A stretch of 64,000 nucleotides of DNA from Phycisphaeraceae bacterium (GCA_963674705.1 OY771506.1:896001-960000), one strand, 5' to 3'; shown: positions 30,400-40,121, counted from the first letter of the stretch. Notes: generated by a model not told the origin, from the sequence alone. Numbers and translations: made by a program.

Positions 30400-32922
30400 T
30401 TATCGACGACGGATACAAACCAAGCCAAGCATAAACATGGCAACTGTTGTCGGCTCCGGGATGCTGTGCTTCCAAACCGGCGCACTACCTGCATTCCAGT
30501 TACTCAGGATGATGTCCAGATCATCAAGACCGACGAAGCCGTCACCCGAAAAGTCTCCATGCAATAGATCGTTCGCTGTCACAATCTTGTTCCAATTGCC
30601 AAGGACAATATCCAGGTCGTCGATACCGACGAAACCATCCCCATCATGATCCCCCGCGATCGGACTGATGATAGACTGGTAACGCGCAAGCAGTTCCGCC
30701 GCTTCGATCGCGTAGTTGTTATATCGAAGCAGCGCAATCTCGCCCCGCAATCCGCCGCCGACGAACGGCAAATCGCCCAGCCCGCCGTTAGCCCCCAAGC
30801 CGTCGCCGCCGATATTACCCAGGCCCGCCTCATCGAAACCATCCCAATCGATCTCGGCCAGCCCGAGTTCGCCATCCAATCGCGCCTGCAACTGGCCGTT
30901 CATGTAGATCTCGATGTACCGATCGCCCGGATCGTCTGAAAAAACCGCCGCCAACTGGATAAACTCCGTGATGGGGTCTGCGTGGTCGTTGATCGGTGCA
31001 GTCAGGCTCAAGTAGTTGCCATCGGCGCCGAGAATCCGGAAACGTATATCGTCACACAATCCATCGGCGTCACCGTCGCCAAGGGTGATTGACAGCCCGC
31101 TTGTTTCATCACCGGATTCAAGCAGCACCTGCTCGCTATTCAGATCGTCCAGGCGAAGCCAGAACTCGAACGAGGCCGAATGGTCCGCATCAAAAACGTC
31201 CGGCTTCTGGGGGTCGGATACGCGGAAAAAGGTATGGGACATCACATCGTCCCCATCAAAGCGCAAGGCCTGAGACGCCAGCCCGGCGGGCTGTCCGGTC
31301 GTGGCGACAAACGCCGGTGCGTTCACACCCGTTCCGCTCATCCAATGCTCACGGAAGTATTCATCCACATCGACTAACGAACGCCACGCGCCCGACGTCT
31401 GCCCGGGCGCCCCGGCGTTCCAGATCAATTCAATGTTGTCGGCCACATCGTACGGCAACGACGCGTCAGCCGCGATTAACCACGCTTCGAGTTTGGCCCT
31501 TAATTCCGCGACTTTTTCAGGCATCTCCCGGGCAAGGTTAAGAGGCGAATTCGGGTTGTTGCTTTCCTCAATATTCGCGGCCAGGTTAAACAGCAGGTAA
31601 GTATCCGCAACGTTGTCGTGGCCGTAGACCTTGATGAGCTTGTAGTCTCCCGAACGCACCGCGGATACGGGGCTGACGCCATTCATCGCACCCTCGCCGC
31701 CATTTAGATAATGCGGGATATGCCAGTACAACTCGCCGTTCGGCCCATACGCCCTCTCGATCGCATCCATGCCTTCAGGCAAAGCGCCTTCATTGAACAG
31801 CAAGGGCGTCAAGTCGCCGCCCTCCACCCCGTCGGGCAACGGGATTGTGGAATTGACCAGCGAAGCGATGGTCGGAACATAGTCATACAAACTCACGGGA
31901 ACATCGCTGTAACTGCCCGCCTCTATGCCCGGCCCCTTAACGATCATCGGGATGCGGATGCCGCCTTCATAGATGGATCCCTTGCCGTCGGTAAGCGGCA
32001 GGTTATTCGTGTACGTTTCGGCGGTACGCGCACCGTTATCAGAAGCGAAGAAGATATAGGTGTTATCATCTAATCCAAGATTACTTATCGCATCCAACAA
32101 CCGGCCGAAAGCCGTATCCAGATCTTCAATCATCGCGGCGTATTCAGGCACATCGTGCCGGACGCCCGGTGTTAGATTTTCATACTTCTCGATCGTCGCC
32201 GCTTTGGCTTCAATGGGGGCGTGAGGCGCATAATAGTTCACCTGCATATAGAAAGGATTTTCCAACGCCGCCTGATCTTCGATAAAACCGATGGCCGCAT
32301 TCGTTACACGTTCGACACCCCGGGCGTCCTCTTCAAGGTACGGATCGCCCAATCCCCACAAGTCATAACCCTGCGAGCTTTCCGTGCCCACCGTAGTGTC
32401 GGTGGAATAATTAAGGTGCCACTTGCCCAGGTTGGCGGTGGCATACTCAGAATTAAGTTCTTTGAGATACTCAGCTATTGTCGTTTCGGATTCCGGCAGG
32501 CCCGGATAGATCGCCGGCGGGGTCAACGACCACCCGGTATAGCCCTCGTAGTACCAGGGCGTCGTAACGTCTCCCCCGGTGTGGATGTCGGTGAACTGCA
32601 ATTGCGCGGGCGATTTGCCCGTGATGATCGAGGCTCTCGTCGGCGAACATGCCGCGGCAGGCGCGTAGGCGCTACTGAAAACCATCCCCTCGGCCGCCAA
32701 TCGCTCCAGGTTGGGTGTCTGGTAGAAGTCGCTCTTCGAGTCAGCGATAGCAGGGTCCATCTGCACAGACGTGCCGGTCCATCCCTGGTCGTCAGTAAGC
32801 ACGACGATGATATTAGGCGCTTCAGGCGTTTGTGCAGGCACAACCGACGTGAGCCCGCCGGATACGCCGATTAGCAGGACCACTAATTGCACACGCCCCG
32901 GCCGCAATGCATAGAACAACAT
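30400..32922 (-). CDS. Formylglycine-dependent (S1) sulfatase with LamG-like domain, dockerin pair and PEP-CTERM
   Basis: 'PNIIVVLTDDQG', 'CSPTRASIITG' (CxPxR), 'GKWHL', 'SDNG', 'GKGSIYEGGIRIP'; 'SFEFWLR' LamG-like; 'IPEPT'+TM+RRR. Confidence 0.92.
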   Translation of the reverse strand: MLFYALRPGRVQLVVLLIGVSGGLTSVVPAQTPEAPNIIVVLTDDQGWTGTSVQMDPAIADSKSDFYQTPNLERLAAEGMVFSSAYAPAAACSPTRASIITGKSPAQLQFTDIHTGGDVTTPWYYEGYTGWSLTPPAIYPGLPESETTIAEYLKELNSEYATANLGKWHLNYSTDTTVGTESSQGYDLWGLGDPYLEEDARGVERVTNAAIGFIEDQAALENPFYMQVNYYAPHAPIEAKAATIEKYENLTPGVRHDVPEYAAMIEDLDTAFGRLLDAISNLGLDDNTYIFFASDNGARTAETYTNNLPLTDGKGSIYEGGIRIPMIVKGPGIEAGSYSDVPVSLYDYVPTIASLVNSTIPLPDGVEGGDLTPLLFNEGALPEGMDAIERAYGPNGELYWHIPHYLNGGEGAMNGVSPVSAVRSGDYKLIKVYGHDNVADTYLLFNLAANIEESNNPNSPLNLAREMPEKVAELRAKLEAWLIAADASLPYDVADNIELIWNAGAPGQTSGAWRSLVDVDEYFREHWMSGTGVNAPAFVATTGQPAGLASQALRFDGDDVMSHTFFRVSDPQKPDVFDADHSASFEFWLRLDDLNSEQVLLESGDETSGLSITLGDGDADGLCDDIRFRILGADGNYLSLTAPINDHADPITEFIQLAAVFSDDPGDRYIEIYMNGQLQARLDGELGLAEIDWDGFDEAGLGNIGGDGLGANGGLGDLPFVGGGLRGEIALLRYNNYAIEAAELLARYQSIISPIAGDHDGDGFVGIDDLDIVLGNWNKIVTANDLLHGDFSGDGFVGLDDLDIILSNWNAGSAPVWKHSIPEPTTVAMFMLGLVCIRRR

Positions 32923-33165
32923 TAATGACGCTCCCGCAACAAGGTCCTGTAGACCTGACTTTCCTATTGTTAATACACCCCAGAACCCCGGCAGGATGCA
33001 GGACTCACAATACTAAACACCTTTTCATTATTCAAGACATGATGGGCCTACAGGCCCAAATACTGTTTCCCATTCAATTCTATTAATGCTGCTTTGCCTG
33101 TCTTACCACCGTGTACAGCCCACAAATTACCCAAACTCGCAACACCGACAAACAAGTGGTATCAC

Positions 33166-33199
33166 AAAAAAGAAGCCCACGTTTTTAAACGTGGGCTCC
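33166..33199 (-). terminator. Intrinsic terminator of the amtB-glnK operon
   Basis: Minus strand GAGCCCACGTTT-AA-AAACGTGGGCTT followed by C and T6. Confidence 0.8.
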
Positions 33200-33246
33200 C
33201 GCGCAATGAATGGTAGTGCTTTTGAAACTGTTTAAAACATTTTTGT

Positions 33247-33585
33247 TTACAGAGCGTCGTTGTTCATTTCGCCCGTACGGACGCGGACAACCTTGCTCAG
33301 TTCGTAGACAAAGAGCTTGCCGTCGCCTACTGAGCCGGTGCGGGCCGATTCGGTGATGGCATTGATGGTGTTCTCAAGGTCTTCGCTCTTGACCGCGATC
33401 TTCAGGAGGACCTTGGGGACAAACCCCACGTCCATCCGGGCCCCACGGTAGCGTTCGGTGTGCCCGCGCTGCTTGCCGTAGCCTTTGCATTCCAGGGCGG
33501 TCATACCCAGGATGCCCAGCTCTGTCAGCCGCTTCTTCAGCGGGGCTAAGGCCGCGGGCTTGATGACTGCTTCAATCATGTGCAT
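33247..33585 (-). CDS. glnK: PII nitrogen regulatory protein
   Basis: 112 aa; 'GYGKQRGHTERYRG', 'ARTGSVGDGKLFV', 'RVRTGE'; adjacent to amtB. Confidence 0.93.
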   Translation of the reverse strand: MHMIEAVIKPAALAPLKKRLTELGILGMTALECKGYGKQRGHTERYRGARMDVGFVPKVLLKIAVKSEDLENTINAITESARTGSVGDGKLFVYELSKVVRVRTGEMNNDAL

Positions 33586-33698
33586 GGTCTAAATCTCCAA
33601 GGTGTTTCTTTGCTTGCCGTGGGCCGCCCGATGGGTGGGAGCTTAGGATCACCCACCGGCGGCGGCACGGACGAGATTCTCATATAAGGAACGATTAA

Positions 33699-35246
33699 TC
33701 AAGCCTCGCGTAACTGGTAGCTCTTGATGGTGGTCTGCTGGAAGTCCGGGTAAGCCGCCATATCGTGCTCGCCCAGGTCCAGGCCTTCGGCCTGCTCGTC
33801 GTCGGAAACCCGCAGCCCCATGACCGCCTTGATGGTTCCGCCGACGATCAGCGTGAAGATCACGGTGAACGCACCCATCGCGATGATGCCCGCAAGCTGG
33901 TAGCCGATCTGGGCAATACCATCGCTGTTGATGCTGATGAACCCCTGGTTCACATGGCCGACCTGGATCAGGCCCATGTTGCCGAACAGACCCACCGCCA
34001 GTGTACCGAAGATACCGCAGACCAGGTGGACACTCGTCGCACCGACCGGGTCGTCGATCTTCAACACGCGGTCGAAGGTGATCACCGCGAAGTAAACCAG
34101 CACACCCGCGATCGCACCAATCAGGAACGATTCTACGATCGTCATCTGGTCCGCACCGGCGGTGATGCCGACGAGGCCGGCGAGGATACCGTTCAATGCC
34201 ATCGACAGGTCAGGCTTGCCCGCGGCTGCCCAACTGGTCATCCCGGCTGCGACACCACCGGCGGCGGCGGCGATCGAGGTCGTGACCAGGGTCAGGGAAA
34301 CCAAGGCCGGATCAGCACTCAGCACCGAACCACCGTTGAACCCGAACCAACCGAACCACAGCAGGAACACACCGATCGCGGCTAGTGTCATGTTGTGACC
34401 GGGGATCGCGTTGCTCGAACCGTCGGCGTTGTATTTGCCCAAACGAGGTCCCAGCAGGATCACCATCACCAAGGCAGCCCAGCCACCGACCGAGTGAACG
34501 ATCGTCGAACCGGCGAAGTCGTAGAAGCCCAGGACGTCCAACCAGCCGCCGCCCCACTTCCATGCACCCGTGATCGGGTAAGCGATCATGACAAACAGCG
34601 TGGCGAAGATCAGGAAGCTGGAGAGTTTGATACGTTCAGCCACCGCACCGGACACGATCGTGCAGCAGGTCGCGGCGAACATCGCCTGGAAGAAGAAGTC
34701 GGTGTACCAGGTGTAGGCGGCATAATCCGGGCCGAACAGGCTCAGGTCACCCATATCCGCCGTGATAAAGCCCTTGATGGCATCAACATCCAACCAGCCG
34801 GGGATACCGATCACGGTGGCGACCCCCGCATCATCCGTGAACCCGGGATACATCAGGTTGAAACCGATGAACGCGTAAGTCAGAACACCGATACAGACAA
34901 TGAAGGTGTTCTTGAACAGGATGTTGACGGTGTTCTTGGCACGGGTCAGGCCGGTTTCGAGTGTGGCAAACCCCAGGTGCATGATGAACACGAGCATCCC
35001 CGCGATCATGATCCACAGGTTGTTGGCAGTGAACATGGCATCAACCGGGGTCCCGGTCGATTCCACCGCATCTTCCGCCGCATCCGCTGCTGTATCTACA
35101 GCTTCGGCCACAGTCTGAGCCGCCGTCGCGACTGCTTCTTCCGCGCCCGCGGTGTCCTGTGCATACACACCCTGTGAAAACGCCAGCAGGCTCAGGGCGA
35201 GAATGATCAGGGCCATGGGCTTAGCGCCGCTTGCTATCCACCTCAT
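33699..35246 (-). CDS. amtB: Ammonium transporter
   Basis: 'FFQAMFAAT', 'SGAVAERIK', 'DFAGSTIVH', 'LWFGWFGFNGGS', 'DDPVGATSVH'; ATG 35246 follows GGAGA. Confidence 0.96.
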   Translation of the reverse strand: MRWIASGAKPMALIILALSLLAFSQGVYAQDTAGAEEAVATAAQTVAEAVDTAADAAEDAVESTGTPVDAMFTANNLWIMIAGMLVFIMHLGFATLETGLTRAKNTVNILFKNTFIVCIGVLTYAFIGFNLMYPGFTDDAGVATVIGIPGWLDVDAIKGFITADMGDLSLFGPDYAAYTWYTDFFFQAMFAATCCTIVSGAVAERIKLSSFLIFATLFVMIAYPITGAWKWGGGWLDVLGFYDFAGSTIVHSVGGWAALVMVILLGPRLGKYNADGSSNAIPGHNMTLAAIGVFLLWFGWFGFNGGSVLSADPALVSLTLVTTSIAAAAGGVAAGMTSWAAAGKPDLSMALNGILAGLVGITAGADQMTIVESFLIGAIAGVLVYFAVITFDRVLKIDDPVGATSVHLVCGIFGTLAVGLFGNMGLIQVGHVNQGFISINSDGIAQIGYQLAGIIAMGAFTVIFTLIVGGTIKAVMGLRVSDDEQAEGLDLGEHDMAAYPDFQQTTIKSYQLREA

Positions 35247-35457
35247 GTCATAGGTCTCCAAGTTGTTAGTTGAAAGGCCGAACCCACGACAGGCTCGGCC
35301 CGTACCATCCGTCGCTTTGCCCGGTGGATCCGGCCTCCCTTGGAGAGAGAGGCCGGATGCCGGGTCTTGGAATTGAGTGGACGTCGTTTCTGACGCCCAC
35401 CCATCCCTCTACTCACGCAGTAGAGGGTGGCTTGTGTCATGGTTATGCCCCTCTAAA

Positions 35458-35473
35458 TGCAAGCATCGTGCCA
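35458..35473 (-). promoter_or_regulatory. Sigma54 (-24/-12) promoter of amtB-glnK
   Basis: Minus strand TGGCACGATGCTTGCA matches the consensus TGGCACG-N4-TTGCW exactly. Confidence 0.85.
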
Positions 35474-35605
35474 GTGATCTGATAGCGCGCCCAAACCTGA
35501 TCGCCAACAGGCCAAAAACGCCTTTTGCAAGACGCCAGGGGGGATAAAAAGCTTTAAAACACGCCTAAAATTCTCCTGCGACTGCCCACATGCAGTCCGG
35601 AAAAC

Positions 35606-35652
35606 GCGCATTAAATAGGCATTTGGCCTTCCACTAGCACAAAAATGGTCAA
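35606..35652. promoter_or_regulatory. Two candidate NtrC-like enhancer sites
   Basis: GCGCATTAAATAGGCA and AGCACAAAAATGGTCAA resemble TGCACC-N5-GGTGCA, are ~30 bp apart and lie 130-180 bp upstream of the sigma54 site. Confidence 0.45.
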
Positions 35653-35996
35653 CCCGCGCGCAGGAATGTCTATGTGTTATGCAATCTTGCAAGTGTTTTT
35701 AAAAGATGGGCTTATGCTCGAATTGCACTTTTTGCCCCCCGCAACACCCGGCGATGAACACCGCTCATGCCAGCGATTTCGCAGCGCGACGCTTCATTAA
35801 GCATCGATTGAACTGGCCGCTAACCGCTCAGCAAATCTTCTGGATGAAATGATCTGAGCCGCAGGTGCGACTTGTTAACGCTTGCGGTAAAATAGCTCGG
35901 CCCCGGACCCCATGTCCGCCCCGCCGACGTGCGTAACCTTTACCCCCCACCCCGATCGCACCACCGGGACGGTCTGAAACACTTGAGGAGTGACCG

Positions 35997-38900
35997 ATGG
36001 ACGCCACCGTGCGAACGCCTGTCGTGACTGCCGCACTGTTGCTATCCCTGTGTTTGGCGTGCTTCACCGCACTGCTGCCGGCCCGCGCTCAGTTGGCGCC
36101 CAACAACACAGACCTGCCGCAAGAGCCGAACATCGATCTGGACATCGATGCGCTGCTCAACAACAACCAGGTCTTCGAGGAATCAGTCAACAGCAGCATC
36201 TGGGACATCGCCGCGCAACCCGGACGAAGGCTTATCCAGGTCCCCATCACCGTCAAACCCAAGAGCGAAGAAACACGCCTCGGTACACCGTCCATCAAGT
36301 TGCGAGGCGGACGCTTCATCGCCTGGCGCATCGTCGCGGATGAAACAGACAACAGCAACAACAGAGGCGGCGGCCGATACTCAAACGAAGCCTCATACGA
36401 TCCCTACAGCAACCCGACCTCCGTCGGATCGCTGCGTAACTACGGCGAAGAGGAGCTAGGGAATATCGATCAACCAAACTACAACGAATCATCACGCTCC
36501 GCACAGATGGGCCAACAGCCAACCGATGATATCCCGCTGATAACACGCGATATCACTGTTTCGCCGCAAGGCATCATCCACTGGGAACTGGATCGCGCCA
36601 TCCCCGGCGGGGAACTCAAGAGCGGCGACACGGGCTACCTGCTCAAGCTTCGGCCCGATCGGCTCAACGAACTCCGCCCCGAGCCGCCCGGCCGCAACAC
36701 GCGCTCAACATCCTCTTCTCGCTCCTCGCGCGGTATCGGTGGTGAAGCTCCAACCGGTCGAACCACCACCACGAGGCGCCCCTCCGGCAATGATGCACGC
36801 GAAGCCGCCGCACGCCAACGCGCTGAAGAACTGGAATACCGCGAAAAACTCAAGGAATACAACGACCTGCGTGAACATATCCGCGATCTGCCCGACGAGT
36901 TCCAGGCGCCGTTGCCCTCCAGGCTCTGGGCGATCTACGAAGTCTCCGACCGCATGGACGAACTGGAATTCACGGGCGAACCACCCTTGCCATGGAGCAT
37001 CAGGCAAGCGGACATCGAGGCGCTTAACAACCTGACGTCTCGCTCCCGTGGCGGTGATAACCTGACCGCTGAAGACTTCACGGTTATCTCGCAGATGACG
37101 ATCATGCTCGCCAACGAGCACCCATTGACCGAACGCACCGTCGCCAGCTCACTCAGCGCCGCCGGCATGCTCGGCCGATCACAACAAGGTGATGCGCTCT
37201 ATCGCCTGATCGCTCGACTGCTTAAAAGTAAAGATTCACAAACCGTGCAGATCACGGCCGCGGGCCTTGCCGCCAATGTGCCGCCCAGCCCCGCAACGAT
37301 CTCGCTGCTGCGCGGTGCGTTCGACGATCTCGACCCCGCCTCCAAACTTATGGCGCTTGGCGGCCTACTTACAACTGAAGGCAACGACCCCATCGCTCAG
37401 CGGCAGATGGTCGACACCGCCAACCAGATCATCGCAGACCCCAACGGCCCGGGCGTCGTCCACGTCCTGAATCAGCTCGTGCGTGCACTTGCTGACAATC
37501 CGGATGCAACCAAACTCGTCGGCGCGAGTATCAAGTTCGACGACCTTAAGCCCGAAGCCCTCGACAATGCGATCATCTACATCGCCGAGGCCGCCGGCGA
37601 CAGCCCGCTTGCTTCGGAATGGATGGAGCACGGCCTGCTCGGTTCGACCAACCCGCAAACCGTCAAACGAACCGTCGAACTGCTCGCAACAAGCACACGC
37701 GGCGACGGCATCGTCTCCCGGTCCACACGCTCCCTGGTCATCGCCACCTTCGGCCCGGGGGCCCCGCTTTCACCGACCCGCCAAACCGCGCAGATGCACC
37801 GTGTCGGACGCATCCCGATCAACTCGACCGGCCACAGCATCTATCGCGTCCTCAACGCCGGCGATCCCGAGCTGCGCAGCCTCGGCTGGCAGGCCCTGCG
37901 ACACTTCCAGGTCCCCTCGAACAACCAGCGCAACAACCGCAGCATGCCGACGATGAACCCCGGCGAAGGTGAACAAACCGACCGCCTCAAACTCATCCTC
38001 GACGCCGCGTTCAACGAAACCGTTACACCGCCGCAACTCGTCAGCTTCCTCGTCAACCAGGAAGATACCGAGCCCGCAACCGAAGCGCTCGTCCGCATCG
38101 TCGTCGAAGGCCGCGGCCCGGCGATCACACGCGCCGCCCGCGCGCTGGTCCGCTCCGGTCGACGCATCGATCAATCGCTGCAGCAGCTTACGCCCGAACA
38201 GCGAGGCTCGTTCGCTTCAAGACTCTACGAGGCCGTCACCGGCTCGTCCCCCATGGTCGCCGGCTTGATGCGCATCAACGATTCCCGCTCGCGCGTCGTC
38301 GGTTGGTTCGCTCAGCAAGTCACGACCACCGGCCTGCCGCAAGCTTCCGAATGGGCGTCGGCCATGAACGGCGAAGACGCACTGCTCGGTTTAGCTTCAA
38401 ACCCCGATCCCGAACTCGCCGACGCCGCCGTCGCCAGCCTCGTCGCTTCGGTCGGCGGAGATGAAGTCGTCGCTCGCGACCTCGCCCGGCAAATGAGCAA
38501 CGCAACCGACCGCTCACCAAGCGGCCTGGGTGACATCTGGAGCGAAGCCAAGCAGGAAATCTACGCCGGCAAACTTCAATCCGCCGCCGGCAGCTACCGA
38601 CTCATCATCAACGTCCGCGGTAACAACAATTCCAACACCGGCTACGACGCACCCGGTGGATATGACTACGGCGGTTACGACGGCGAATTCGAAGGGGAAT
38701 ATGGCGGAGGGCTTGGTGGATACGGGCCCGACCCCAGCACCGAACTCGCCAGCGTCGCGGCACTCCCACTGATCAAGAGCATCAACCTCGCGCTGATCGA
38801 ACTCCGCGCCGATGGCACAAGCATCGAACTGGCAAGTGGTACGCTCACACTTTCCGCTTCCGATCAGCGCCTCGCTATCGTCATGCAGGACCCCAAGGAA

Positions 38901-39053
38901 CTCAACGACTTCGGCAACAACGAAGTCTCCGATCTGCCGATCGAAAACCTCAACTCGCCCATCGAATTATTGCCACAACCCGGCAACGTATGGCGAGGCG
39001 CAGCATCCCTGGGCGACGGCCGTAGCATCGAAGTCATCTTCGACCCCCAGTAA
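35997..39053 (+). CDS. Large exported hypothetical protein with helical (HEAT-like) core
   Basis: GAGGAG RBS; signal peptide ending ARA-Q; 1018-aa ORF; Gly/Tyr/Asp low-complexity patches. Confidence 0.7.
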   Translation: MDATVRTPVVTAALLLSLCLACFTALLPARAQLAPNNTDLPQEPNIDLDIDALLNNNQVFEESVNSSIWDIAAQPGRRLIQVPITVKPKSEETRLGTPSIKLRGGRFIAWRIVADETDNSNNRGGGRYSNEASYDPYSNPTSVGSLRNYGEEELGNIDQPNYNESSRSAQMGQQPTDDIPLITRDITVSPQGIIHWELDRAIPGGELKSGDTGYLLKLRPDRLNELRPEPPGRNTRSTSSSRSSRGIGGEAPTGRTTTTRRPSGNDAREAAARQRAEELEYREKLKEYNDLREHIRDLPDEFQAPLPSRLWAIYEVSDRMDELEFTGEPPLPWSIRQADIEALNNLTSRSRGGDNLTAEDFTVISQMTIMLANEHPLTERTVASSLSAAGMLGRSQQGDALYRLIARLLKSKDSQTVQITAAGLAANVPPSPATISLLRGAFDDLDPASKLMALGGLLTTEGNDPIAQRQMVDTANQIIADPNGPGVVHVLNQLVRALADNPDATKLVGASIKFDDLKPEALDNAIIYIAEAAGDSPLASEWMEHGLLGSTNPQTVKRTVELLATSTRGDGIVSRSTRSLVIATFGPGAPLSPTRQTAQMHRVGRIPINSTGHSIYRVLNAGDPELRSLGWQALRHFQVPSNNQRNNRSMPTMNPGEGEQTDRLKLILDAAFNETVTPPQLVSFLVNQEDTEPATEALVRIVVEGRGPAITRAARALVRSGRRIDQSLQQLTPEQRGSFASRLYEAVTGSSPMVAGLMRINDSRSRVVGWFAQQVTTTGLPQASEWASAMNGEDALLGLASNPDPELADAAVASLVASVGGDEVVARDLARQMSNATDRSPSGLGDIWSEAKQEIYAGKLQSAAGSYRLIINVRGNNNSNTGYDAPGGYDYGGYDGEFEGEYGGGLGGYGPDPSTELASVAALPLIKSINLALIELRADGTSIELASGTLTLSASDQRLAIVMQDPKELNDFGNNEVSDLPIENLNSPIELLPQPGNVWRGAASLGDGRSIEVIFDPQ

Positions 39054-39093
39054 CCCCGAGTCGATCCGCGCAGTTTGCAAAATACTCCCTCCA

Positions 39094-39350
39094 AACGCCG
39101 GTCCTGAGCGCAGCGAAGGTCCGGGCGGTTTGTATGTTCAATGTTCGAGCTTCAATGTTCAATCTGAAGCCCGTGCTAATCGCTAACGGCTAACGGCTTT
39201 GCCCCCCCCCAACGCCGGTCCTGAGCGCAGCGAAGGTCCGGGCGGATTTAGAGCAGTAGATGGTTGAACAGGAGAGCAGGAGACCAGTATCGGGTATCGG
39301 ACAGATTGTATTGCTAATGGCTAATCGCTAACGGCTAACGGCTTTGCCCC
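39094..39350. repeat. Duplicated intergenic module with heptamer arrays
   Basis: Exact 35-bp repeat at 39094-39128 and 39211-39245; exact 31-bp repeat at 39175-39205 and 39320-39350. Confidence 0.85.
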
Positions 39351-39411
39351 ATCCCACCCCCATCCTGTAAAATCACACCGCATCACCCGCCCCATCCAAA
39401 AGGAGACACCC

Positions 39412-40104
39412 ATGAAGTTCCGGACGTGGTTACTCGTGTCTGTACTTATCTGCCTGCCAAATCTTACCCAGGCTCAGGTTGTCATCAGTGAAATCATGTA
39501 CAACCCCAGCAGCAACGAAGGTTGGGGACCCGACCCGAATAAGCCGGACGACAAGGGCAAGCCCAACAGCGTCGAATGGGTCGAGATATACAACGCTTCA
39601 GACACCGCCGTCGACATCTCCGGCTGGTCGCTTGCCGATGAAGACGGGACAACTAAAACCATCCGCGACGGCGCGGTGCTCGAACCCGGCGAAGCCGCGG
39701 TCATCGTCCCCGGCAGCATGACACCCGCCGGCTTCCACGCCGCCTGGAGCGGCGCCTTCGCCGTCTATCCCGTCCAGGGCTGGGGCGACGACGGGATCTA
39801 CAACCTGTCCAACGGCCCAAGCGAAACCAACGAAATTCTCCGCCTCGTCGACGCCGACGGCGCTACTATTGATGAAGTCAACTACGACGACGAGGGCGAC
39901 TGGCCCAGCGACCGACCCGACGGCGCAAGCATCTACCTGCCTTACGAGATGCTGAACGCGGAATTGAACGATCAGGGCGCCAACTGGAAACTGTCGACCA
40001 ACGGCACAGACGGCGCAAAGAAAAACCGAACCACCAAAGACTTCAACGGCGAAGACCTCGGCTCGCCCGGCAAAGTCCCCGAACCAAACACCGACAACAA
40101 ATAA
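39412..40104 (+). CDS. Secreted lamin-tail-domain protein
   Basis: Signal peptide; 'VVISEIMYNP', 'EWVEIYN', 'VDISGWSL', 'GSPG'. Confidence 0.88.
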   Translation: MKFRTWLLVSVLICLPNLTQAQVVISEIMYNPSSNEGWGPDPNKPDDKGKPNSVEWVEIYNASDTAVDISGWSLADEDGTTKTIRDGAVLEPGEAAVIVPGSMTPAGFHAAWSGAFAVYPVQGWGDDGIYNLSNGPSETNEILRLVDADGATIDEVNYDDEGDWPSDRPDGASIYLPYEMLNAELNDQGANWKLSTNGTDGAKKNRTTKDFNGEDLGSPGKVPEPNTDNK

Positions 40105-40121
40105 GTACAACAAACGGAAAC

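Noticed and set aside
33612..33672. GC-rich stem-loop between amtB and glnK as a regulatory RNA
   Set aside because: Imperfect stem with no U tract; at most an mRNA stability or processing element, and there is no further support.
39094..39245. 35-bp direct repeats as a CRISPR array
   Set aside because: Only two copies, an 82-bp low-complexity interval, and no cas genes in the window.
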